Source: Squalus acanthias (Eukaryota). From it: 64,000 bases of DNA. A model generated the notes under the pieces. That model saw only the letters and a program-made list of their open reading frames with translations, had not been told where the DNA came from and searched no databases. Shown piece by piece: positions 11,401 through 23,400 of the stretch; the stretch's first letter is position 1, and every line of letters begins with the position of its first letter. The DNA lies in the NCBI GenBank assembly GCA_030390025.1, contig CM059427.1, positions 20,088,001 through 20,152,000 on the forward strand, in the 5' to 3' direction. Position numbers and translations under genes: made by a program.

Positions 11401-14400
11401 TAAAAGAATTAGATAAGATTTGTTGTACAGAAGGAGAATCAGTGATGTTTGAATGTTTAATTTCTGGAGAGCCAACACCTGTTGTTACATGGATCCAAAA
11501 TGACAGAGTTTTAACTTGTGATAGTAGCAAGCACCGATTTGAAGAGAGTGGAGGAAAGTATAGATTATGTATTGATGGTGTTTCAGCATCTAATGTAGGG
11601 AACTATAAATGTGTTGCTAAAAATAAAGATGGAGAAGCACAGAGTATATCTAGTCTTACAATAGAACCCGCAGTGCATAGTTTTATTTGCCATCCGAAGG
11701 ATATTGAGCCATCTGATGAGGAAGCAGAGTCATCTGTTAGCCGTTTTCTACTTAATCTAAGTAAAATGGGACAGGGAGAAGACATTGAGCAGCAAAAACA
11801 ATTATCAGTACAGGAAGGAAACAGGGATATTTCTCCTTCATTGAACATAAAAGAAAAACCATTTAGTTTTATTTCTGAAGCTGGAGGCTCTGTGACTTCC
11901 ACTGCAGATGAACTTTCAAGTAAAGTTCCATCTTTAAAGGAAGAGAAAACTGAAGCAGTGATAAACTCAGTGACTTCCTTTTCTGATCAATTTTTAAGTA
12001 ACATTTCATCTTTAAGGGAGGAAAGCAATAAAATAGTCACAGACTCAGTGACTTCCTTTGTTGATGAATTTTCAAGTAAGTATTCATCTTTAGAGAAGGT
12101 TAGTAATAAAATGGTTACAGACTCAGAAGTGACAGGACAAAAAATGCCAGAAATAGCAGTAGAAGAAACATATTCTGTCAGCCAATATTTACGCTCTCTT
12201 GATAAAAACCAGAAGTTATCTGAAGTTTGGAAGATGGAAGAAGAAACAGAACCAGAAGGAGACAAATGTGCCTTTGTAAGAGAAATGTATGAGGATAGTA
12301 TATTTCCAGAAACTGTAATTAAGCAAATTGCTGAAAGTAATAGAGAAGCGACAGAAGGACATGTGTCAGAAGTGGAGTTAAGTGATGACTCAACATCTCA
12401 TAAAACTATCTGTGACGTAAATGTAGATCCAATAGAAACAATTTCTAAGAAAGATGAGGGAAGTGAGAATGTTTCCATTGCACAGTATCTCCTCACTGCA
12501 AATCAGGAAGAAGCACCAGTTCATGAAGAGGCAAATAATGAGGCATTTGGGTATGATGAATCTGGAATAACTTCGATGGAGGTTGAGGAAGTAACATTTG
12601 CTGCTGTTTATGACTACTATAATCAAAATGAAGAATGGACACGCTCCCTTTCTCCTGAGTCTGAAATGTCAATTGAAATCAGCAGTACAATTAGTGATGA
12701 AGTAGTAGAGAATGAAAGATTTTATACACCACCCTTGGCTTCTGAAAATTTCAGATCTGCTGTGTCTGCAGAGTCATTTCATACCCCACCTCAATCTCCT
12801 GGCTATGTGACTCCTCCAGAAAGATTGCCTTCAGTTAATGCTGTAGGTAGGTCTCCTTCTGGTGCTTTACTAGAGAGGTTTTATACACCACCAGAATATT
12901 TCAGAACACCAATAGATGAGGGTATTGAAACAACACCTCTTGAGTATGTAAGTCTAGCTACTGAACAGCAAAGATCAGAGCTATTTTCAACTCCTCCGCA
13001 GGAAGCCGAAGCAAAAGGAAATGAAATGCCGCCTGCATTTATCAAACCACTTGCCAGAAAAAGGATCTATGAAGGAGGCACACTTACATTTATTATTGAG
13101 GTAATTGGTTGCCCTATTCCAGATGTTAAGTGGTATAGACGAAAGTCATTATTAGAGCCAAATCATAGAATTAAACTGGAAAGAGAAGGAGATTTGTGTA
13201 TATTAGTAATTCATAGCATGCAGAGAGAGGATGAAGGAGAATATATTTGCAATGCTGTAAACATCATAGGAGAAGCCAAAAGTATTACTCAGGTGGATGT
13301 TTTACCACAAGATGGAAGGTCAGTTGCATTGCCACCACCAGTGACTCATCAACATGTCATAGAGTTTGATGTGCAGCAAGGCCAAACATCAAGATCTCCT
13401 TCACCTCAAGAAATTCTTCTGGAAGTTGAACTTGATGAATATGAAGTGAAGGAATTTGAAAAACAGATAAAGATTATTACAATTCCTGAATTCACTCCTG
13501 ACAATAAAAACATGATTATCTCTCTGGACGTCCTCCCTATGATGATTGCTGATGAACATAATGTAGACTTTATAACAAAAGAAAGTGAAGATGTGAAAAT
13601 TGACTTTGAAGTCACTGAAATGCCCCCACGATTTATTAGCCATATTTTTGATCTTGAGATTCCAGAAAACACTGATGCAGTCTTTGAATGCTCAGTGACA
13701 GGTATTCCTACCCCTGAAATAATGTGGTTCAAAGATGAAACACATATAACTTCGGATGGCAAGAAATACATTCGAACAGATAATTCTAATCATAGTCTTA
13801 AAATAACCAATGTTTGTCCTTCTGACAATGGCATATACAGTTGCAAAACAGTGAATAGTGTTGGAGAAACAACATGCAGAGGTTATCTTGCAGTGACAAA
13901 TTCAAATATGGCACTTACAAAAGCAGGTGGTAGAGCTGTAGCTGCTGTATCACTGGGTAGTGCTCAAGAACATCCCCAGGAATTAGATGTTGTTGTTGGT
14001 GATTCTTTGCTGCATGGCAACCAGAGTTCAGAAATTGAGGTTGAGTTTGAATTTGAGCAAGGTAGAGATGATTCTCAGAAATCGGTGAAACTCATAGCTG
14101 TAACAGAGAAGGGAAATGAAGAAAAAGGAGAGAAATGTGTGAACATTAGTTTTGATGTATTTGCTGAGCCTGCCAAGGAGGAGACTATTCAGTTTAAAGC
14201 AGAGGCTTCTGAAACCTGTTCGTTTGAATTTCAAGTGACAGAAACGCCACCAAAGTTTGTAATATCCCTCCTTGACTGTAACACAACTATAGGGAGCTTA
14301 GCATCTTTTCAATGCTTTGTGACTGGTACTCCAAAGCCTAGTGTAATATGGTATGTGGATGACAGAATACTTGAAGGTGCCAACTACATCATTGAGGAAA

Positions 14401-17400
14401 AAGACTCCGGACACCATTATTTGAACATTGCAAATGTTACAGAAAGTGATGCTGGAGTGTACAAGTGCAAAGCTATTAACAAAGCTGGGAATGCAGTCAC
14501 AGATGCTGTTTTAAAAGTACTTTGCGTATAAAACAGTACTTCTGAATGTCCTGTGACATACTTTGAATAATAAAGAATTTGATGCTTGTAGTTTTTTTTA
14601 GATTTAAGGTACATTCATGAATTTTCTAAATTCAAACATGAACATTTAATTGGTCTTATTGCTAAGAACGTTGTTTAACGTTGCTGAAAAAATGGTTCAT
14701 TTTTAGATGATTTTTGTCGATTTCTATTAGTTTTACTCTGGAGTGGTTTATCAGTAGTGAAGCTTTGATTTTTGATGTTCAAAATATTAGCTGAAAAGTA
14801 ACTAGTGTAAAAATAGTGAATGTTTTGGACTAGGAATATAAAAAGGCCTGGCTAAGGTCAAGACTAGGGCGTTGAAAAGTATTGATAACTTGAGGGGGTT
14901 TACATCAAGCAGGTTAACTATTACTGGCTTGATTGACATCTTTAAACATAAAGTGCTATTTATACATGTGGTTACATTGACGACCTGTCCTGTTGAATTA
15001 ACACAGCACTTTTTAAGTAAACTTAGCCAAAATCCTCATCTTAGATGTACTTGATAATTTTTGCAATTCTTTTTCTAGTGTATTCTCCTTCAGATATGAC
15101 TTTCCCTGATTAATTGTATGATCTGCTTCAAAGACACTGTCCAAACTCCTCTGAAAGTGCTGTAGTGATGTAGGAAAATTCTGTCATTCTGAATTACCTT
15201 TCCTTTGGCCCAATACCTTGCTTCTGCATGAAGCTGTGTTTGGAAACTCAATTGAGTTCCACAATTCTCTACGTGTAGAGGCCCAGGTACTAAGTTCATC
15301 AGAGGTTTGCATTCAAACACCTATCCTTCAGTATCAGGTACAGGCATTAATGTGCTTTCTAAAGGTATTTAATTCAAAATACATGCCTGTTTCCATTGAA
15401 AGATTAGTTAAGACATTGAAATCTTATTACGAGAGCCTTTATCCTACTTGGTATACTATAGCTGAATATTTTTGTTAACATTTAGTATAACTAAAGATGT
15501 GAGCTAACATACAAAGAATGGTTTATTGTTAACCCTTTGAGGACTCTGATACTTTTTTGTGGCAGAAAGCATTACATAATGCACATTTAGCTGGAAAATT
15601 CAACAAAGGAGAAATGCATTGTTCCAAAGAATATTTTTAAGATTTTAATTTGTAATATTAGAAGTAAAAGTATAGTTTGACAATTATAAATAAAGAATAC
15701 AGTGCAGAGTCCTGTTGGATACAAAGTGCATTTGACTAAATTACACTCGAGCCCTGAAGTTGTGAGTAAGTTCCGATGCCACATACCTGAATTATTTAAA
15801 GATTTTTCTGTCTGGATCCTGCTCTGTTTCCTGTTTTGTACCATGGTGGATTTGGACATAAGTGTGGGTTAGAAAGTATTTTCATTTAAAGGCTAGAAAT
15901 TCACGTTCGGAATACTAGTGGACAATCACTTAACATGCTTATATGACGTTCCTCTGCCCACTGTTTTAATGGGATTGTAAGATCTTAATGATCTCTGAGT
16001 TCTTGGACAAGACACCAATAGGCAGCAGTCAGTTTGTTTGAGCAATAGGATAATTAATACTTAATATTCGGCGATAGTTTTAACGAGTAGCTCGCAGCCC
16101 TTGGCCTCTGGAACCTCTCGGACACAGATGATGTCGTCTTAAGTCTGTTCCTTTGTCCTCGCAGTACGTCTGTGTGAAGTTGTTCTTTGAGTATCGAGGT
16201 TTTAACCCTTTTCTTATCAAAAGTTGGTTTGGCCAGTGTCCATATATGGTCTTTAACAAAATCATCTTTTTTAATTGGTTCTAATGGTCAAAATACCATT
16301 GTCACTCAGACTAAAGTAGCATCCCGCCTTTCCAGTATTTTTCCACCAACTTTGTCATGTTCAGTGTTATCTTGTTTATAGTTTTTCACCCCATTGGAAT
16401 TTACTTTATCTCTTTCATTTCTAGCTTCCCTGGTACAAGGCCTTTCTATACCAAGGGCCCATATCAGCGCTGTTTCACTAGTCTTGAGGTATCCAAACTA
16501 TCTCACTCTAATCAACCAGATAAATACTTTATCTCCATGATCTCTCTCGTTTTATGTCCTTATACTAATTATTTTTAAAATATCGTTGCAATTAGTTTTG
16601 TTAAGCGAATTCTAAGTTCTATACAGCATGTTATTTAATGATTTAACCTTCACTCGCAGTCTGTAGCTGTTTGTTATCAAAACTTAGTCAAAACTGCTTT
16701 TGACTGTGCAGCTACATTTTGAACAAGTCTTAGCTTTTTAGTTACCCAGGAGTAATTATGGGTAATATTATTTGGTCAATGGCTACTATTGAAGTTATAC
16801 ATATATGATTCTCGTCTACAAAAATATCTTTAAATATCAGCCTTTCGTACAAGTCCCCACCTCGAGGATGAAATGTTTTAAACATTGATTCCTCGACTAC
16901 TTCAATCTATTCTCTGACTAGCGTTGCTGCAAATTGGAGTCCTCTAATTGAGGGGAACGGAGCGCTTCACAAATTAGGTTTTATCCCCTTTTCATTATAG
17001 GCCTGGGTGCTAACTATGACACTCACAGGGGCCGACCGCCTATCCTCATGGTTGGGGGACACCCCGGGGTCTCCCCAACCATCATGTCGGCCGTGCTGAT
17101 ATGTTGGAGAACATAGGGTCTGATGAAAGGGAGGAACTAAAAGAAATCAGTATTTGCAGGGAAATGGTGTTAGGGAAATTGACGGGATTGAAGGCCGATA
17201 AATCCCCAGGGCCTGATAATCTACATCCTAGGGTGCTTAAGGAAGTGGCCCTAGAAATAGTAGATGCATTGCTGATCATCTTCCAACATTCGATGGAATC
17301 TAGAACTGTACCCATGGATTGGAGGGTAGCTAATGTTGCCCCACTATTCAAAAAGGGTGGTAGAGAGAAAGCGGGGAACCTGACATCGGTAGTGGGGAAA

Positions 17401-20400
17401 ATGCTGGAGTCCATTATAAAGGATGTAATAGCTGAGCACTTGAAAAACAGTGACAGGATCGGACAAAGTCAACATGGATTTACAAAAGGTAAATCGTGCT
17501 TGACTAATCTACTGGAATTTTTTGAGGATGTAACTGGGAAAATAGATAAGGGAGAACCAGTAGATGTGGTGTATTTGGACTTTCAAAAGGCTTTCGATAA
17601 GGTCCCGCATAAGAGATTAGCGTGTAAAGTTAAGGCACATGGGATTGGGGGCAAGGTATTGACTTGGATAGAGAACTGGTTGGCGGACAGAAAGCAGAGA
17701 GTAGGAATTAATGGGTCTTTTTCCGAGTGGCAGGCAGTGACTAGTGGGGTACCGCAGGGTTCGGTCCTTGGACCCCAGCTATTCACAATATACATTAATG
17801 ATCTGGATAAGGGAACTAAATGTAATATCTCCAAGTTTGCAGATGACACAAAGCTGGGTGGGCGTGTGTGCTCCGAGGAGGATACTGAGAAACTCCAGGA
17901 TGATTTGGACAGGTTGGGTGAGTGGGCAGAAGCGTGGCAACTGCAATATAATGTGGATAAATGCGAGGTTATCCACTTTGGTGTCAAAAACAGAAAGGCA
18001 GACTATTATCTGAATGGCAATAGATTGGGAGAAGGGGAAGTGCAACGAGACCTGGGTGTCCTTGTGCACCAATCGCTGAAGGTAAGCATGCAGGTGCAGC
18101 AGGCGGTGAAGAAGGCAAATGGTATGTTGGCCTTCATAGCGAAAGGGTTTGAGTATAGGAACAGGGATGTCCTGCTGCAGTTGTACAGGGCCTTGGTGAG
18201 ACCACACCTTGAGTACTGTGTGCAGTTTTGGTCGCCTTATCTGAGGAAGGATGTTCTTGCCATGGAAGGAGTTCAGCGAAGATTCACAAGGCTGATACCT
18301 GGGATGGCAGGAATGACGTATGAGGAGAGATTGGGTCGATTGGGCTTATACTCGCTGGAGTATAGAAGAATGAGAGGGATCTAATCGAAACATATAAAAT
18401 TCTGACAGGTCTGGATAAACTAGATGCAGGAAGAATGTTCCTGATGGTCGGAGAGTCCAGAACCAGGGGTCATAATCTAAGGATAAGGGGTAAGCCATTT
18501 AGGACAGAAATGAGGAAGAATTTCTTCACCCAGAGAGTGGTGAACCTGTGGAATTCTCTACCACAGAAGGTAGTTGAGGCCAAGTCATTAAATATATTCA
18601 AGAATGAGTTAGATATATTTCTTAAAGCTAAAGGTATCAAGGGATATGGGGAGAAGGCAGGTACAGGGTACTGAGTTTGGATGATCAGCCATGATCTCAT
18701 CGAATGGCGGAGCAGGCTCGAGGGGCCGAATGGCCTACTCCTGCTCCTATCTTCTATGTTTCTGTGTTTCTATGTCTTGCCTTCTAGCGCTTCCCAGTCT
18801 ATCCTTTCTCCTCCTCCTGCTGCTCCTATTGCTGCATCATACGATCTGGCAGCAACGGCCCTGACCTGACCCCTTACTTAAATTCAATTCACTGTTCCAA
18901 TGTTCCAATTCTGCCCCGCCTGGGGTATCCTCTGTTTCTTCTGTCTTTCCTGATGTTACCCCGCCTGGGGTCTCCTCTACGTTGCTTAGGATCTTCTCTT
19001 TCGGTGTGCTCAATTAATTTGTTCGTGCTGGTTAGTCATAGGCATGAGTATACAATTGGCTTATGTATCAAAGTCTTACTACATAGGTTACACATATATC
19101 AAATACACTGTCATTACAAGTTGGAGAACTACCAGAGCGTGTGAAATAATACGAACCTAAGGGTGTGCTGATGTATTAAGCCCAATATCCTACCAGTGTG
19201 ATTCGTCCCCATTGCTGTCAATTTCAATATCTATTCTCGAGTTGTCTTTCTCCAAAACATAAAATTGCTTTAGGGAGGAGTTCAGTCGCATCATGAGCTC
19301 ACTGAAACCCTCAAACAACAGGGGAATGTTGTATCCTAATTGTGCCACATAATTGTGCAGCTCATACTTAAGTATCTCATTTACTGTCAGTTTCACTTGA
19401 GCATAGGTTTTGACATTGAGTAAAACGTGTTGGTTGATGGGACAGGTCCTGTTAGACCCGTAAAGCATGGTAGTTGCGGTAGTAGTGACACAGGAGGCGC
19501 CACCAAAACCACCTCATACTGGATTCGTACTGATTTTTCCCATGCTCTGTTACCTACAAAACACAATTATTACAGTCACAGTAACTGGTCTAATGCTTCA
19601 ATTAAAATACCCTGCAGAGGAATGTCATATTAACATGTTAAACATTCATCTGCTAATATCACCAACAGCAATTTCTTGCCTAATATTTTAATATTGGCAA
19701 ATTGGTACCTGACAACTTTGAACTATGTGGAAATGTCATCTCTGGATACTGTCTGATGCTATGGAGGGAAGATCAAGCCAAGGGATTGTGATAGAGGGGC
19801 CTGAAAGAGATACTAATGGTCATATGAAGGACTAGGATGGATGCTTTCATAATTGTGAGCCACGGTTCTTGAATGGAATCTATGCCTCAGGACAGAACTA
19901 CTGCAGGGGACATGACAGGATAGTTTCTTGTGACTATAATACGGAGGGATTCTCAAAGCTTTGGTAAGTCTGATTTCATTTATTATATACTCCCACTTTT
20001 ATTTTATTTTTCCTTATCTTCTTTTAGGTCCCCCATGCATGCACTATTTCTCAGCTAAAATAGAGAAGGACCTACCTGGTCCCAGATCTTTATAGCTAGA
20101 AAGTGCACAGAGCCCACGTGACTCTTTTTACCTGACTTTCCTATCTTACCAATGAGAAAGTGCTTGGCAGTCCTGATTTGCCTTCCTGTTATCTTTATGA
20201 CTGAGGTCAAAAACTTGTTGTGTAGGGAATCCCATGTATAAACCACATCCTGCCACTCTGTGGCATAGTTCATTAGAACATCTGTGTGCTACATCACCAC
20301 ATAGGCTAGCCGTTCAAAATGTTCAAAGTTTGATTCATTCAGTGTTTTTCTTGTTACCCTGTTGTATTTGTTAACTTTAGGGCCAGTGTTTGGAGGTCAG

Positions 20401-23400
20401 AAAGGCTTGAGAGATTGTTCAGGGCCAGAAGTGTTGGATTATGAGTACTATTTCTGGAGCTGCAGGACACACTGCTATGTGTTGCCACAGTTGCTGTTGG
20501 AGGAAGTACACCATATACCACAATGGATTTTAATGTGTCCTGAGAATTATTAGCTCGTCAGTCAGTTGAATCTTCTGAGCAGTTTCCAAAATTGTGAAAG
20601 TAGAGTAGTAAAAATTTATATTCAGTGGGTCCAGAGACTAAAACCATGACATAATATAGATGATTTCAGAGTAATTCAGTCTTCAATGAGTTTGCAAATA
20701 ATCAAATTGCATCTGTATGTTTGGGTCACATCTTTGATTATCATTATCATTTTAATTCTTACTTTCTAATTTGTTAATTTTACATTTAAAATGAAGTTAT
20801 TCTATTGTAATGAGTGTTTAACATTTGTCCAAAATATGTAAATTGTTTGGTAGTAAAGAACAAGCTTTAGTGGTTTGAATTTTACAAGTACATGGTCAAT
20901 TTATTGATATTCCAAGATTTAAAAAATGCTATCTTTCATGACATAAACATAAATTAATGTTTTGATCAATATGTTTCTGTCAATTATGTTATCGCAAGTA
21001 TAACAATCTAGTTGTGTGAAAGCATGCATTGTTTTCCATATTTTATCTGCCACATTTGACATGATTTAAGGCATGATGAATGAAAAAAGTAAGACTTCCA
21101 TCTTGGTGAGAAGAAACTCTTTAACACTGACATCATTCATTCCTTGTACAGGTTTCTGTTGCTATATGTTGTATTTATTATATAACGTTCTAATGCTGTG
21201 TAGCCTAATGGACGATAGTACCTCTGGTTTTGTTGTCAAGTAATAATGTGATTGATATGTAAGGTATATTTTCTTTCGCTTAACCCTCCTCTCCGGAAGA
21301 CAGTAGTTCATGATAAGATGCAGTTCCAAGGTAGTAGTGGCTCCCTGGTATCTTGCCCAACTGGTTGTTCCACAGTGGACAGTGCGTGTTGCTAAATTAT
21401 TTGACTGTGGGGCCAACACAGTGAATGTTATCCTGCACTTAACTGATATCCACACACATACTTCCAGTTGCAATCAGGAGCAGGAACCTTGGCTGTTTTT
21501 CTTTTGCCATAGCCTGAAGATGCTGAAGCCAATTTTCGCACCTCATTGCTACCTAGTTAAGAGAGGTTTACTCAGCATAAATCAGGGATTGAAGCTGGGA
21601 TCTGCCTGCTTTGTATGGTACAGCGCTATACAAATGTTGCATTTATCCTCTGCACCACTGGAACAGTCCCTGGCTTAGTAAGCTGTTTTTAACCAAGTAA
21701 GCCAAAGTTAGATATTGGTTTAACCAGTCATAGTTTAGGCAACTTTGGGTTACCAGTAGATTGACAAGGTTTATAAATGATACCTGTGTTATTTTTTAGC
21801 CTGAAACTTAGCAAGCTATGAAAATTATAGTACTGATCATGCCATTACTAAGGTAAAAGTAGGAATGCATTTTTCTTTTAGCTTGCTTGTGGTACGACTT
21901 AATGTTCAAACCTGATTTATTTGATTGAAAAATATGTATTTCAGTGATGGAATAAAGTTTATATTAGAAATTATTCTCAAGCCTTTTCAAAATTTGTAGC
22001 ATGCAATACATTTTTGCATAGTAATAAATAACATTTACCAGCATGACTGCCCTAGAGTGGAATTGTGTAATGTTCCCATTTCAAGATTCCATTCCATTCC
22101 ATTCCACCAAACCTCATTCTACAGAGTTCCTTTTTACCCACTTTGAATAAGAAATGGAGAATATAGATCTGGCATTAAATCTTTTCATTGTAAATAATTA
22201 CTCTGGTTCTTCAGAAAACACACATTTAGCATCTACAAATCTCAATAAATATTATTTTAAATAGTTCAGTTTTAACTTGAAATATGAAGTCGGGTTTTTA
22301 AGTTGCTGGTGTGATGTTAAAAGTAGCATTAGGCAAAAAATGTCCTCCCCCTTTGTCTGACCTAAGTGTATTCACAATCAATGGATCCCATTACATGTAT
22401 AGATTGAAGATAAATATTTAAAGAAGACTATTACAGAATTTTATTCATTTGAAGCAAAAAGAGTTTCGCACGCAAAGTTACACTACTAATTTTTGTGATT
22501 TTTTTCAGTTTGCAGTATTAAGAAGCAACACTCACAATCAACATGCTTTCTAAATTTAACCATCTTATTTCTTATGCAGAATTTTCTAGCTCTGTTACCA
22601 TCGCTGCTGAAGATGAGAGGGAAGATTTCTACAGCAGTGACCTTCATGTGTCAGATAAAACATTTGAACTCAAGCCTGAAACTGCAGTTCTTTCTAGCAT
22701 TTCGGACATAAAAACTGATGCTAAGCCGTTAAAAGCAGTGCCAGTATTCATCAAACATATTTCTAGTATTGAGGTAGTTGTGGAAGATGTAGCTAAATTC
22801 TCTGTCACTATTACTGGATTCCCAAAACCCTCTATTCAGTGGTTTTATAACCGTAAAAAATTGACTCCTTCATCAAATTACAAGTTTGTTTATGATAGGG
22901 ATGAATATAGTCTAATTATATCTTATACAAAATTTACAGATGAGGGAGAGTATACCTGCACAGCTACTAATGTACTTGGAGAGATTTCATGTAGTGCATA
23001 TCTGAAGATCAAACTAAAGGAAGGTATGGGAGGGTTTAGGAAATCATCTGCAAAACCTCCAGTTGCAAAACTATCAGAAAAAAAGATATGTAAAGAGGCA
23101 CTCTCAAAGGAAGCTGTGACAATGCTACAGGCAGAAACCATACCTAGGGGTCAGCCACCACATTTTTTCAAAGAACTTAAATCTTTGCAGTGCCCAAAAG
23201 GGCTGCCTGCTAGATTTGAGTATGTAGTGATAGGAGAACCAATGCCAGAGGTACTTTGGTATAGGGGAAGTTACCAAATTCATCAGAGTGTGCATTGCAA
23301 CCTTAGTTATAATCCTGATGGCTCAGGTTCATTAACTGTTAATAATGCACAGAAAGAGGATAGTGGCTTGTATTCCTGCAAAGCATTTAACCCATTTGGC

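Noticed and set aside
17101-18384. Functional or domesticated reverse transcriptase gene
   Set aside because: 5'-truncated CR1 lacking the endonuclease, with an internal deletion and a frameshift
19190-19468. Minus-strand 92-aa ORF with protein-like composition
   Set aside because: No family motif recognised; a blastx search would be needed
22087-22106. (ATTCC)4 as an MCAT/TEAD cluster marking an internal promoter before N2B
   Set aside because: Indistinguishable from a short microsatellite; no other support
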